From positions 1 to 64,000 of the forward strand of contig RDEW01000026.1 in the NCBI GenBank assembly GCA_011109175.1: 64,000 nucleotides of DNA, written 5' to 3'. Under the pieces are notes generated by a model. It was not told where the DNA came from. It saw nothing but the letters and a program-made list of their open reading frames with translations, and did not search any database. A program made the position numbers and the translations under genes. This DNA comes from Dicyema japonicum. Its lineage: Eukaryota; Animalia; Dicyemida. Below, piece by piece: positions 11,623 to 22,869 of this stretch (positions are counted from its first letter, which is position 1; the number at the start of each line of letters is the position of its first letter).

Positions 11623-13331
11623 TGTCACATGGGCCAAGCGTTACCTATGGGCAGCCTGTTACATTAACCTTGAACCAAGATTAACTTCAATTAATTATAT
11701 AAATGATTTATTAACCATAAAAAATTAAATTTAAGTAACTTTTTTTAGTCTACTCATTAATACAGTCGATATTTCTCCTTTCGAATTTTTTATCTATCAA
11801 ATTAAACTATTAAAACTACCTTCCACGCGATTATTCGATAAAATATTAATTATTTCTGCAACTGGATAATACTGAGACTCAAACTTATCCAGTCGCAATG
11901 AGGGATTTGTTCCAAAGTCCTTTTTAGCCCGAACCTATTTATTAATGTTTTTAATTCATACTTTATCTCCCATGTTAAAAGTATATTTACTATTATGAAC
12001 ATTCATTTTCCTGTTCATAGCTTTGTAATAATTCTAATTTTCTTCAATCGATTTAATTTCGAAATTGAATCTCTTTGCATTTGGACACAATTTATCTGAC
12101 TGGGAATTATCTAGATATAAATTTTTAAAATCAAACTACGTGAATTTTCAATAGATTCTAAAGTTGAACAATTAACCAAATCGTCAATTTGTTCTGGAAT
12201 CGCACACTCATCGCTTAAATTATCTAAGTCATAATGATATAAGTATAACCATGAATTATTGAATTTATTCCCTTAATTCCTCGATATCTTTCGAAAGGAC
12301 TTTCGTTAGAAAATGAATGGACCGATATGTTGTAACTGTAGACAGCACTTTCTAATTCATCAAGCCACTTTTTTTCACTGTTATCCAGCATTTTTGACAA
12401 CTTCCTCGTGATCGTCTGATTCTTTCGACAATTCCTTGTGCTCGTGGATTGTTAGGCCTTCCGTGAATTTGCTTAATGTTAAAATCTCCGCAAAGTTTTG
12501 TTATTTCTTGATTTTTAAATTCAGAACCATTGTCCGACTGAAGAAATTTACATGGCCCATTCAGGCGGAACAAAGATCTTAAGTTTTCACATACTTCTTT
12601 ACCAGCGAAAATTTGCAGACTTCACAATTTCGAATGACTTTTCTGATAATCTCATTCTTTACAGTGAAGTATCTGTGTCGACATTCATACTCAATTTTAT
12701 TGACTCCTCCGTGTGAAAACTTGTGCAACGATTTCGCAACATGCTCCATTTCGGTTTCATTATCCAGGGATATGACTAACTTGGGATCAGTTGATTTAAG
12801 ATAGTCTAAAATTATTGAAAATTTACAATACCTGTCATTGATAATAGAAAAATTCTCTATCTTCTTTACAAGCCTATATTTTCGGTGTCTCGGAAGATTT
12901 TCGGGAAATTTATCATGCAAAGCATCTTTTAAAGTTTGATATTCAACGCAATCTTTCACAAAACCCTTGTAAGAAGCCATTGCAACAAAATAATCTTCCA
13001 TGCTATAAATCACGCTAGAAATCTAGGTTTACCGCTATAAAAAAATAAAATCTTTATAATCATAACATTTATGAATAAAAAACTAATTTAACAGAATTAA
13101 ATCACGATATAAATCGGATATATAAAATTAAATGTCGGATAATCTAATGAGAGACTCATCCTCACCTTTGTCGGTCTGGGATCACTTAGTTAGATGAGAA
13201 TTTTTATTTCTTTCTTTTTGACCCAGTGATCCTGGGGTAATAATAATAATAATGTCGGATAATCAAAAGACCTTTTCAAGGTCGAAAAAATGTAACAGGC
13301 TGCCCATGCGTTACGCGCCGCCCATGTGACA
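11623..13331 (-). mobile_element. Ginger2/Tdd-like DNA transposon with retroviral-type integrase
   Basis: About 42-bp imperfect TIR TGTCACATGGGC..ATGGGCAGCCTGTTACATT (TGT..ACA ends) and 5-bp TSD TATTC (11618-11622, 13332-13336). HHCC finger (LHKFSHGG..CEVC) in ORF 12579..13013; rve core LQSDNGSEF..HGRPNNPRAQGIVER in 12352..12573. Empty paralogous site at 24995-24999. Confidence 0.88.
13145..13250 (+). mobile_element. 5'-truncated Vingi-like 3' tail insertion inside the Ginger2 element
   Basis: 14-bp TSD AATGTCGGATAATC (13131-13144, 13251-13264). Tail GGGATCACTTAGTT..CCTGGGGT(AAT)n matches 50290-50380 (minus). Confidence 0.75.
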
Positions 13332-14674
13332 TATTCTCCTTCGAATGTTATGAGCATAAAGCAAACTAATTGGCATATGTTCACACTAGATAACACAATT
13401 TACTAATATTGCTGATTTTTATTATATAATATGTGTGTACATTTTGCCTTCTAGACGATTACAAGATGAACTTCTATTATCTTGGTCCTCTTCGATTTAT
13501 GCGTTAGTAATCCCGGCCTGACAAATTTGTAGGAGACCGGCGGATATTAAGTAGAATGCAACAAATGCATGTAGCTTTCATCGATCAGTAAGTCTTGGCA
13601 TTGTAGACGAACACTGTCATTCAAGAAAATTCAAAAAGGTGATTTAATGTAAATTTGGACGAGTTGCAAAAGAAATTAAAGACATTTTTACAAGTTCACT
13701 TATGTTTGTAGAGAGGGGTGGTGCCCACATTGTAGATGAGCCAGGTTCACTCAGTCCATCGGAAGAGAGTATTTTGATTGGTTGATTGAAAGAGGGGGCC
13801 GTTGTAGGATTTTATAATCATAGAGTCTACTCTGTTAAATCATGGTATCCTCACGAAAACAAGTTATTAGGATTCTCAATAACCCACATATCAATCACAG
13901 ACTGCGTATGCGAATTATTGAAAAAATAATAATTTGAAACGACCATGAAAATTATCAGTTATTCACATATATACCTCTGGGAATGGAAGAGGAAAGATCA
14001 CTTATAAAATATCATATATTCCTTTAAAAGTATAATGGTTATTCTTAGAGCATTCCTACTTACCAAAAAGGAAATCATTCAAAGCTAGCAGACAGAGAAA
14101 TACGTCCTGCGGAGTTCAATCACTTTCAGCTAATTTAGTATAATATTAATTGGGTTTAAATGACTCAGTAAACTAAATTCATTACTGTAAGTTGTTCATA
14201 GGAATAAGACCAAGAGACTCGTTCTTGCCAACTAAAGAGCAGAGTTTAAATATTTTATAGGAATAACGACTAATGATGCATTTTTAAGGACTAAATGGTG
14301 ATATTAGCTGATTCAAATTGCATAGAAGAGGGAATGTGAGGTAGACGGAAGATCATTGTCATTAATCTTTGTAAAAAAGCTATTAATGATCTTGGGATTT
14401 GTCGGGTAAAAAAAATTTGCAGGGGATACTCTAATAAGCAAATTAATAAATGAGGATTCTTTTCTGTAATGAAAATTTCCATATTATTAGACTACCTGTC
14501 TTTACATCCTCCACTTTCTGTTACAGAAAACTTTTTGTAGAAATTATGGTTATAAAAATATTTACTGGAGATTTCGATTGTCGTAATTATATTTATAAAT
14601 CTAAATATTTCAACTTTAAATAGGCGCTGCTTAATCCTACTTAATTCAAGAATATAATTGTTCACTTATAAGCT

Positions 14675-15000
14675 AGTTGGATGGCATAGTGGTTAGATGT
14701 CGGGCTTAAGTGGTTCAGGCTACGAGTTCGAATCTCGCTGCTGTTCACTTGATTGAAGGTTCCACGCATCTACGATGCAGAAAGGGTTTGACGAGTGACG
14801 CCGTCATTAGTGGATACTCACTGCGGAACTGGATTGTCTAGAAAGGACACTCACACAAGAAAAAGAAAAAAAAGAAGTGAAGATCATTCCTTGGTTCTAC
14901 GATTAGTTAAAATTAACTGTTCTTTACTTAAATAAACTGTGTGTCCTGCCAATGCGGAGCTATAAATACTATGGCTCTCGTGAAAATGCTTTATTATTAT
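14675..15000 (+). mobile_element. tRNA-derived SINE, full length (~325 bp)
   Basis: A box TGGCATAGTGG, B box GAGTTCGAATC, conserved core and (TTA)n tail. Imperfect TSD TTATAA(G/T)CTAGTT; empty paralogous site near 31385-31405. Confidence 0.85.
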
Positions 15001-15093
15001 AATCTAGTTAAACAAGTTTAAATTCTTAAATATAAGTTACCTGTTTTTGAAAACCAGAATTAACACATAAAATAAAAAAGATTAACTATTTAA

Positions 15094-16148
15094 CTATTTT
15101 TTCTGCATTTGATACGTCCATAGAGTGTAAATGTTTATTCTAAACTTTTTTATATAAAAATACCTCGAAATGGCAAGACAAAATATAACTCCACAAAGAA
15201 ACCCTAATAAAATCCCTAAAAATTAAATAATTTAAAGTAACCGATATAATTTAATAGACCTTTAGAGCATTCTGACTCGACTGAATGTGCAGATTCTGAT
15301 CCACTTCGTATAAAAAAATTTGAAAGTTTATTTGTTGTTGAAATAGTCTGTATCGATCCTTCCATAACGATTGATTTTAAGATCGTAGTAGTTGGGGTCA
15401 CTTCATTTCCTTCTTCAATATTTGGGGTTGGACTGTTAGTGGTTGTTTCTGTCGTTCTTTTAGTAGTTTCAGAAATTGTAATCGGACTATTAGTAGTTGT
15501 TTCTGTCGTTCTTTTAGTAGCTTCAGAATTTGAGGTATGACTATTGCTGATCATTCCGACTGGCTTTTTAGTAGATGTAATGATTGTTGTAGGTAGAGCA
15601 TCTGTTTATTAAAGTATAAACTTACTTGTTTGACATGCGAATCCTTGAAAATATGGAGAATGAAAACAATTACAACGTTTCCATCGCCAAGCACAATTTT
15701 CAAAAAGACAAATACAGTTTCCATAGTTAAAATAAGGATCGGGATCAAAGTCTATAATTCAAAGTTTTTCCTTGAAAGTAAAAAAACTTATCTACCATTA
15801 AACATCCAAACCGATTTTTTTAAATATCCAGCTATATAGATACGAGTATTAGCATCAAAATGCCTTGTATTTAAATATGCACTAATATTCGTTGAAGTTT
15901 CATCTGATTCAATTAATGCCTGAAATCTCAATGAAGATTACAATTTCCGCTCTCATTTGGCTGCAGAACCATTCGGCATCGAAATAACTATAATGTTGAA
16001 TAACAAAATAATAGCAGAATCCGTTATGCTCAAATACATTATTTCCATTTGTATTCTTAACAGGACATTCACAAAAAACTAAAGAATTCAAAATAAAATA
16101 ACCAGAAATGATTAAAACAAAAAGGTTATACATAATTGGGCCAAACAT
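15094..16148 (-). pseudogene. C-type lectin + Ser/Thr mucin stalk + TM type-I membrane protein, copy 1 (2-nt frameshift near 15750)
   Basis: Signal peptide, CP..FEHNGFCYYF..AEWFC, 22-nt intron 15920-15941, GNCICL..WRWKRCNC..FACQ, TTKRTTETTTNSP repeats, TM GILLGFLCGVIFCLAI after a 26-nt intron; stop at 15094-15096. Confidence 0.75.
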
Positions 16149-16217
16149 ATAGGTATTATTTTTTTATAAAAATTATTCATTATTTTTATTTTTAATTACA
16201 ATTTTATTAAAAAATTA

Positions 16218-16775
16218 CGTGTTTGTCGACGTTTTTGTTGTGATTCTCGTTCCCATTTCGAGGAAATGGTACCATCCAAGTTAACTGAGATGTGTTCGTC
16301 CTGTCGACTTGTCAGAACTCGGAAGCGTGGGATTTCCTGCTCTGCTTGTGAAGATTGTTTCCATCTCGGTGTATCAAATTATCCCAAGCCTCAGCGAGTG
16401 TGCTTGGAGTATGACACTACCAGTCATACCAAAGCCTAAGCAGAGAGGTTCCCCGTGCCCGTGCCAATGTTAACTCTCCCGTTAATTACCAATCAACCAC
16501 TGACCCTGAAACGTTCCTACGCCTCATCTCCAAGTTACTTTCTTCCCGGACTATCCCTGTAGGATTCCCAAGGCCGTACGACCCATCGCTGCAGAGGCAC
16601 TTTCCAAAACGACCGAAGACGTCATCCGGACTAACGCAGTACTCGATTGGACACGGTTCTTCAGTTTTGCGCCTTACGCATTGGGACTTGATCGAGATGG
16701 TCACGAAAGGTAGTCTCTCGATATCACCATGAGGACCAACATTCGTTCTTTTTTGGGAGGTATCCATATCCCCAG
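16218..16775 (+). mobile_element. CRE-clade retrotransposon 5' fragment with PHD finger
   Basis: CSSC-x11-CSAC-x4-H-x2-C..W(H)C, followed by RIPKAVRPIAAEALS..DWTRFFSFAPY, which aligns with RIPKAARISVADCL..DWVRLFCFAPF of the CRE at 27878-28087. Confidence 0.7.
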
Positions 16776-16789
16776 TTGTCTCATGGCTT

Positions 16790-17175
16790 TTTACCATACG
16801 TGGGAGATACGTGGTCAGAACGAGGAACTGGAAGTGCTCAGTCTTAATTACAAAAGTGTATCGTCTAAAAACTGAATCCTTGTATTTTGAAACTCTCAGC
16901 ACAAATACAACCGCCAGGGATATATTTGAAAAAAGTTGAAGATTTTTTGAAGTGCATGGCATCAATGGCCGGATTTCAAACTTTCCCCAAATGCTATTGA
17001 TATATATTGCATGATCTACCGTCATGCATTAATGATGAAAACCATGCCTGACGATTTGAAAATGTAATGAATATCATAATTAAGACGATGAACTATATTA
17101 AAATCAAAGCACTCAATTCTCGTCTATTTGCTGAGTTATGCAAAGAAAATGAATTTAAGACTCTTTTGTTGTATT
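16790..17175 (+). mobile_element. hAT (Charlie/Buster-like) transposase remnant
   Basis: Degenerate ETLSTNTTARDIFEKV..CMIYRHALMMKTMP..NSRLFAELCKEN. Confidence 0.7.
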
Positions 17176-17500
17176 AGTCGGGTGGCACAGTGGTTAGGTA
17201 TCAGGCTATGTGGCTTAGGTCACGGGTTCGATTCTCGCTGCTGTTCACCTAGTGCAAGGTTCCACGCATCTACGATGCAATAAAGAACTTGACGAGTGAC
17301 GCCATCATCAGTGGAGATTCACTGCAAAAATGGATAGTCTCAAGGGACTTACAATAAAAAGAAAACAAAAAGTGAAGAGCATTCCTTTGTTCTCCTTCTA
17401 CCATCAGTTATAATAACTGATCTTTACTAAATAAAGTGTGTGTTCGGCATGAGCGAAACCCTAGGAATTTTACGTGCTTACGGCAACGTGGAAGTGGTTA
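17176..17500 (+). mobile_element. tRNA-derived SINE, same head and core, different 3' tail
   Basis: A box TGGCACAGTGG, B box GGTTCGATTC; core matches 14675 copy up to AATAAAGTGTGTGT, then diverges. Confidence 0.8.
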
Positions 17501-18389
17501 CTTTTTTTTCTTTTGTTGCATTCACATGTGAGATGGCTTTCAAAAGTAAAGTATTGAAGAGAGCATTTATACTAAGAAAAAAAACATGAATTTTTTAAAG
17601 ACGTCAAACCAAAACTGCATAAAAAAATTTCTGATACTCGTTTATTGACTTTATTTTTGGTGGATATATTTTAATCTGTGAATTTTGTTAGTTACAACTG
17701 CAAGGAAGAATAACACTTTCCTCCATTGCCATGAAAAAATGATGTTTTAAACAAGAAGGTTGAGTAACGACTAAGAAACTTTAAAAGTTGGTGACAAGAT
17801 TCTTGAATGAGAAGTAACCAAAATGTTTATAGCACAAGGATTACCATTGCTTTGTGACATTTGGTGGTTAATTTTTTAATTCGGATCTCTCAATTTTTGC
17901 GTTCTATAGAATTTTTAATATTAGAGGTAACTTATTGGATATATTTAAGTTGATTTTGCTATAGAAATTTTGTAATTTATTAGCCTCGACCATGTGTGGC
18001 CGAACGTAAATCGCAACAACTGACTTAGGTGACTATCTGTCAATTTATTTCGATATTTATTCTTTAGTGAATTATTTTACTGAAATTAAAACGTGTTTAT
18101 ATTCGGATATTTGTATTTGGGATGTAAACTATAAAATTCATCAAATTTTCAATCTTGAGAACTGAGGTAAATTATGATTGAAGGTCCATCAATTCCAATT
18201 GGAGTAATGGTGGAACATTCATAGGATTTATTTTAAATGTGCTGCAAAAATTTTCATTAATGGAAATATTAAATGTTTATGATTATCTATTCACAGCAGT
18301 AAAAGTTTATGATTTTCTACCCACAGCAGCTATATATGTTGAACTGGATTCCTTCACTTTTGTAAAGAGACATAAACCCTCTTTCCTAT

Positions 18390-19050
18390 CCCTGTCCCAG
18401 ACAAAAGAATGTTCGTCGGCTAAGATGTTCTCTTCCACAATCGATGCACTTCCGTGTTCCTCCTTGGGGACCCATTTTTACAAGAACTGTATACGGATTG
18501 GATATTGCACAGCCCCTGGGAGCTGATGTATGCGTCGAACACCAATGTCGTTGTGGAGCGATTGTTGATACCAAAGGGCTGCATCCGCTTACGTGCGAAC
18601 GGAGTGGGGGAAGAGCACCCAGCCACGCTGCTATGAACAACATTGTCATGCGTGTTCTTGAAGCTGCAGGCTTCCAGGTAGTGCTGGGATTAGACCGCGG
18701 ATACGGGGGAAAAACCTGATTGGCTAATCATCTTTCTGTTGACTGAAGGAAACTCGCTAGTACGGAACTACACCTGTATAGATTTTTCTTGAATTTGATG
18801 ATGCTCAGTTATCCATCTGCTGCATCGGCAGCTGATCTGGGTAAGAAAATCGAGATTAAAAAATATAATGAAATTGGAGATCGCTTTCGTTTTACAGCCT
18901 CTTTCCTGAAGGAAATCTGGAGGAAATTGGCTTATCGTTAGAAAGACGCGGATAGCTCTCTGGCTGAAGGAACGAATTAAGATTTCAGTTGTCCGCGGAA
19001 ACGCTTACTCCCTAATGTCGACAGTCGCTCTTCCCCGTTATTATTATTAT
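18390..19050 (+). mobile_element. CRE-clade retrotransposon 3' fragment (CCHC + restriction-like endonuclease)
   Basis: HQCRCGAIVDTKGLHPLTC..HAAMNNIVMRVL; ends VVRGNAYSL and (TTA)n tail at about 19040. Confidence 0.85.
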
Positions 19051-19064
19051 ACTTAAACGAGATT

Positions 19065-19480
19065 TATTATTTTTGTACTCCGCATGTGCAGCAAAAAATA
19101 TAAGAAAAAGAGTTAGTTTGTTCCAGGCTTTTCTGTTCTTAGCCAGATCCCTCAGTGTCTCCTAGTCGTCACCAGATGACAATGATTTTTTTACGCCTTT
19201 CAGATTGTTGTTCTATCCGTTCTGTTTTTCCCTGTTTACAGTGAGAAACCTTTTCCCAAGTATATCTGGTGCTTTTTCTAGTGCATGTTCTAAGAGTTCT
19301 TTGTCTTCGGAGATTAGGTCAACATCATCATAATAAATCACTTCTTCTATTTTACCTTGGAATAATGTCTCAGTTTTCTCATAGTATATTATGAATAGTG
19401 CAGAGAGAAGGAGTCTCCTCAAGGACTGCTTCCGTTTGTTTCGAATTTTCTTGAGTAGATTTTTCTAACTCTCACAAGGA
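19065..19480 (-). mobile_element. RTE-group LINE 3' fragments
   Basis: YYDDVDLISEDKE..FLTVNREK; tail TGCTGCACATGCGGAG matches 3780-3795. Confidence 0.75.
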
Positions 19481-19493
19481 TCTGTGTGTTAGA

Positions 19494-19865
19494 TTTATTT
19501 ATTAATTTATTAACCCCGGATACACCGAGAACGAAGTTAAAGTAAATTCTAGGACTTCTCCCTATTTCACCCAGTGTGATCAACTCCACAGATTAACAAG
19601 ATCTTCCGTACGACAGCGAAAATATCTTCAACGTCCGGTTCGAGTCTTGCTCATGGAAGCATTCCACGCTGCCAGTATTTTGTCAACTCGCCGTTAAGAC
19701 GTCTGGTTCCTTGCGCCTGCGACACTGGAATTCTTGAGTCGTCTAGGAAATCGGATCGCTATATGATCAGGAGACCCTCGTGAGCGCTGTGGTTATTTCG
19801 GGGAATCTCGCCCGCCATCCTGAGAGGGATTAACCACGAAGTCAAGCAGCCGCTATATAACCATT
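19494..19865 (-). mobile_element. Short internally deleted Ingi/Vingi-like element (second 5' type)
   Basis: 5' part also at 42980-43095 (+) and 59600-59760 (-), reading WLIPLRMAGEIPRN (degenerate 2A-like). Tail CCGGGGTTAATAAAT also at 63975-64000. Confidence 0.55.
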
Positions 19866-19934
19866 TACTTTCTTTTCTTTACTAAACAAAATATTCCATT
19901 TATATTAATAAAAAATTTTTCTGGTCTGGAATCA

Positions 19935-20640
19935 AAATCCCCAAAGACACAACAAGGCAAAGTAATTGGGATAACATTGTTTGCTCCAAATATTGGAAGA
20001 CCTTAAAAAAAGCAAATCAACATCGTCTGGCTTGTTCGGTGTCAGCTTCAAGTGTAGGGAGTGGAGCATGGCTTGGTGCAATACCTTGCCCAAACCTCGG
20101 GAGTTTTTGGAAGACGATTCTTTGAGGATTGGAATCGGACAAAGGATGGGACTAGACGTTTGCCAGGAGCACCGATGCCAATGCGGGAAAACAGTCGATC
20201 CACCCGCTGTCTTTCAGAAGAATCGCCGGAAGCGGACCACGTCATGCTGCTCTGAACGATGTGATCGTCAGAGCTCTGAAGGCTACAGGCTTCTCAGCAC
20301 AGCTTGAACCAGTCGGTCCTGATCGAAGAGATGGAAAAAGACCCTTTTCCCCTTCACGTCTGAAAGATCTTTGATCTGGTACACAACTTGTGTAGACATG
20401 TTCTCAAGCACGAATATTTTCAAATCGGTTCAGACACCTGGAGCAGCTGTTTCGATTGCGTAGAACCTAAAAATCAAAAAATATTCGCTACCGATTTACT
20501 CGGGAGCCGTTGGTCCAATGACGGGTGAGTTTTGCAAAAACTCGGAGGAATGCTTGCCAGAAAGAAAAGGGATCAACAAGAATGGTTATGGCTAAGACAA
20601 AAGATTGGAATGGGCATACTCCGAGTGAACTCGTTCGAAT
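19935..20640 (+). mobile_element. CRE-clade 3' fragment (RLE)
   Basis: AWCNTLP..LRIGIGQRMGLDVCQEHRCQCG; ends WLRQKIGMGILRVNS. Confidence 0.8.
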
Positions 20641-20689
20641 CTACGCAGCAGGCTTCCTCAACTGACATTTGTTTAATTGTTAAAAAAAA

Positions 20690-21420
20690 TATTTTGTTAA
20701 AAAATATATATAATAATTACAAAACGCATCAAAATACATTGAGAGAAAAGATCAGACAGTGGAATAAAGAAAAAATGCCTGGGGAGATGTGGCGAGACAT
20801 CATCGATGCAATAAAGTGCGCGGCCCATTCAACAATTGGAGTAAAACCGAAGCATTTCAACGGACACTATGACCACGAGCTTGAAGAACTATCCAAATTG
20901 CAGAGGAACCTACATTTACAGGTCGAAACCTGTCAGGACCAGGTAAAGGAACACACTCTAATAGTCATGCGGAACCAAACCCTGTATAAAATAAAGAAAA
21001 GAACGAGTGAAATAAAGGAAAATAAACTTGTTGGAATGGCTAAAGAAGTAGAAAGGATCAAAAACGGAGCGCAGATGTTCAAGGCTGATCACCTAATACA
21101 TTGAGACACTAATCACAATACATGATCAGTTTAGAAAGACTATGTTAAACAAAAAAAATTCTATCGGCCATATCCAGCCATTATCAGCAGGCTTTTAATC
21201 AAAACCACGGGGAAAACATCAAACAATTCGATGGTGAAGCACGAGAACTAAATATTCCGATAACGATTCTGGAAACAAAAAAAGCCCTGGACAAACTGAA
21301 CAACAATAGAGCTGATGGCCCTGACAACATAAATGCAGAACTCAAATATGCACCGACCGAGATCTATGAACTATTAACTGAGATATGCAACAGAACATTC
21401 AAATACAACTCACCACTGGA
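20690..21420 (+). mobile_element. RTE-group LINE internal fragment
   Basis: WRDIIDAIKCAAHSTIG..KLNNNRADGPDNINAEL, homologous to 4423-5781. Confidence 0.7.
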
Positions 21421-21800
21421 TGTGGGAACGAATGTTGGTCCTTATGGTGGTAGCGAGAAACTACCTTCCGTGACCATCTCGACCAAGTCCCTGTGCGTAA
21501 GAGACAAAACTGAATAAGCGTATCCAATCAAGTACTGCGTTAGTCCGGATGGCGTCTTCGGTAGTTTTGGAAAGAGCCTGCGCAGCGACAGGTCGTACGC
21601 CCTTGGGTATCCTCACAGGGATAGTCCGGGAAGAAAGTAATTCAGAGATAAGGCGTAGGAACGTTTCAGGGTCAGTGGTTGATTGGCAATCAACGGGAGA
21701 GTTAACATTGGCGCGGGCACGGGGAACCTCTCTGCTCAGGCCAAGGTATGACTGGCAGTGCTATACTCCAAGCACGCTCGCTTCAACAATTTTCGAGAAT
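21420..21800 (-). mobile_element. PHD-CRE family 5' fragment (inverted copy)
   Basis: Reverse complement of about 16390-16760. Confidence 0.75.
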
Positions 21801-21899
21801 ACAGATAGTAGTGAAATTGATCTGAAAGATCCCGGATCCGAAGGATCTTTCTTGGGATTCAGGATTGGATTATTTTGGATTTTTTCCATAGTGTAGGAA

Positions 21900-22380
21900 T
21901 TCGACAATTGTTAATGGACACAGAAATTATGTTTGTTATTGCTTTGAGTCATGCATTCCCAGGTGCTTTAAGTGCGGAATATAGATTCCATCAAGACCCT
22001 TGGCAAAAGAGTTTTTGATTAGTTTTTCGACATCAGACGTAATGATTTCAATCGGTTTTCCTTGAAAAGTTTTAACGTTTTTCAATTTGAATAGACGGGA
22101 GAATTTGTTCATTTCGATGTGATTTACTTTTGCGTAGTGGTCCATTATGACATCTGCCTGATTAGTGAAATCACGTGGTGTTTGAACTTTTTGGGTAAAT
22201 CTTATAGATGGCATGAGTATAAGATGTTAGAGATTTTGATAGCGCTCATATTAGAAGTCACCGAGAGTTGTGCAAGCATATTCTCTGAGCATTAAAAAAC
22301 TCTTCAATCTCTTACAAGAAATCTTCCTATACGATTTTCTCCATCGATCTATGTCTGAAAGAAGATTTAGAGGTTATACC
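21900..22380 (-). mobile_element. Vingi-like LINE internal fragment
   Basis: ORF 21936..22214 (GLDGIYIPHLKHLG) matches GPDGIPSILLKHLG of 9422..10162. Confidence 0.65.
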
Positions 22381-22869
22381 AAATGAAGACCCTATTCTGC
22401 AACAAAGGAGTTGCCTTTAAGATTTGATTTTAAATTCAATCCGTCTAAAATGGAAGGAACTTGGATAGTTATCATGTATTTACTAAAATTAGGTAATACT
22501 AGGAAGCTCTAACATTATTATCATAATTCCACAAAATATTTATTATTTGAATATAAGCCTTGACGCTAAAAAAATGCGCATAGATGATTCTTGGATGGTT
22601 CCTTATTCTAGTAGTTATAAAAAATGAGGAAAATATCAGTAAGGAATTGGATGCATGCTCAATAGGAGACATAGCTAACCCATGTGGGACAATTAAATAA
22701 TTTATAGGTTTGAGTAACTTGATTGAAGTTTTTAACACGGAATCGTTGAGAAATTTAGATTTTGTGTATTCCAATAAAGTAAAAATTACTAAATAAAATA
22801 TAATTTAAAATTATTAAATTTAATTCAAAAAAATTACATATTTTAGGTAAATTATACAAACAGAATAAT

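Noticed and set aside
17780-17830. PDZ-like LKVGDKILE peptide
   Set aside because: Nine residues only, flanked by stops; could be chance.
19789-19851. HDV-like ribozyme on the minus strand (GTGGTTA/TAACCAC helix, CGAA linker)
   Set aside because: L3 lacks the CG, P1 has mismatches, the helix is broken in the 42980 and 59700 paralogues, and the segment is better explained as a decayed 2A-like coding region (LRMAGEIPRN).
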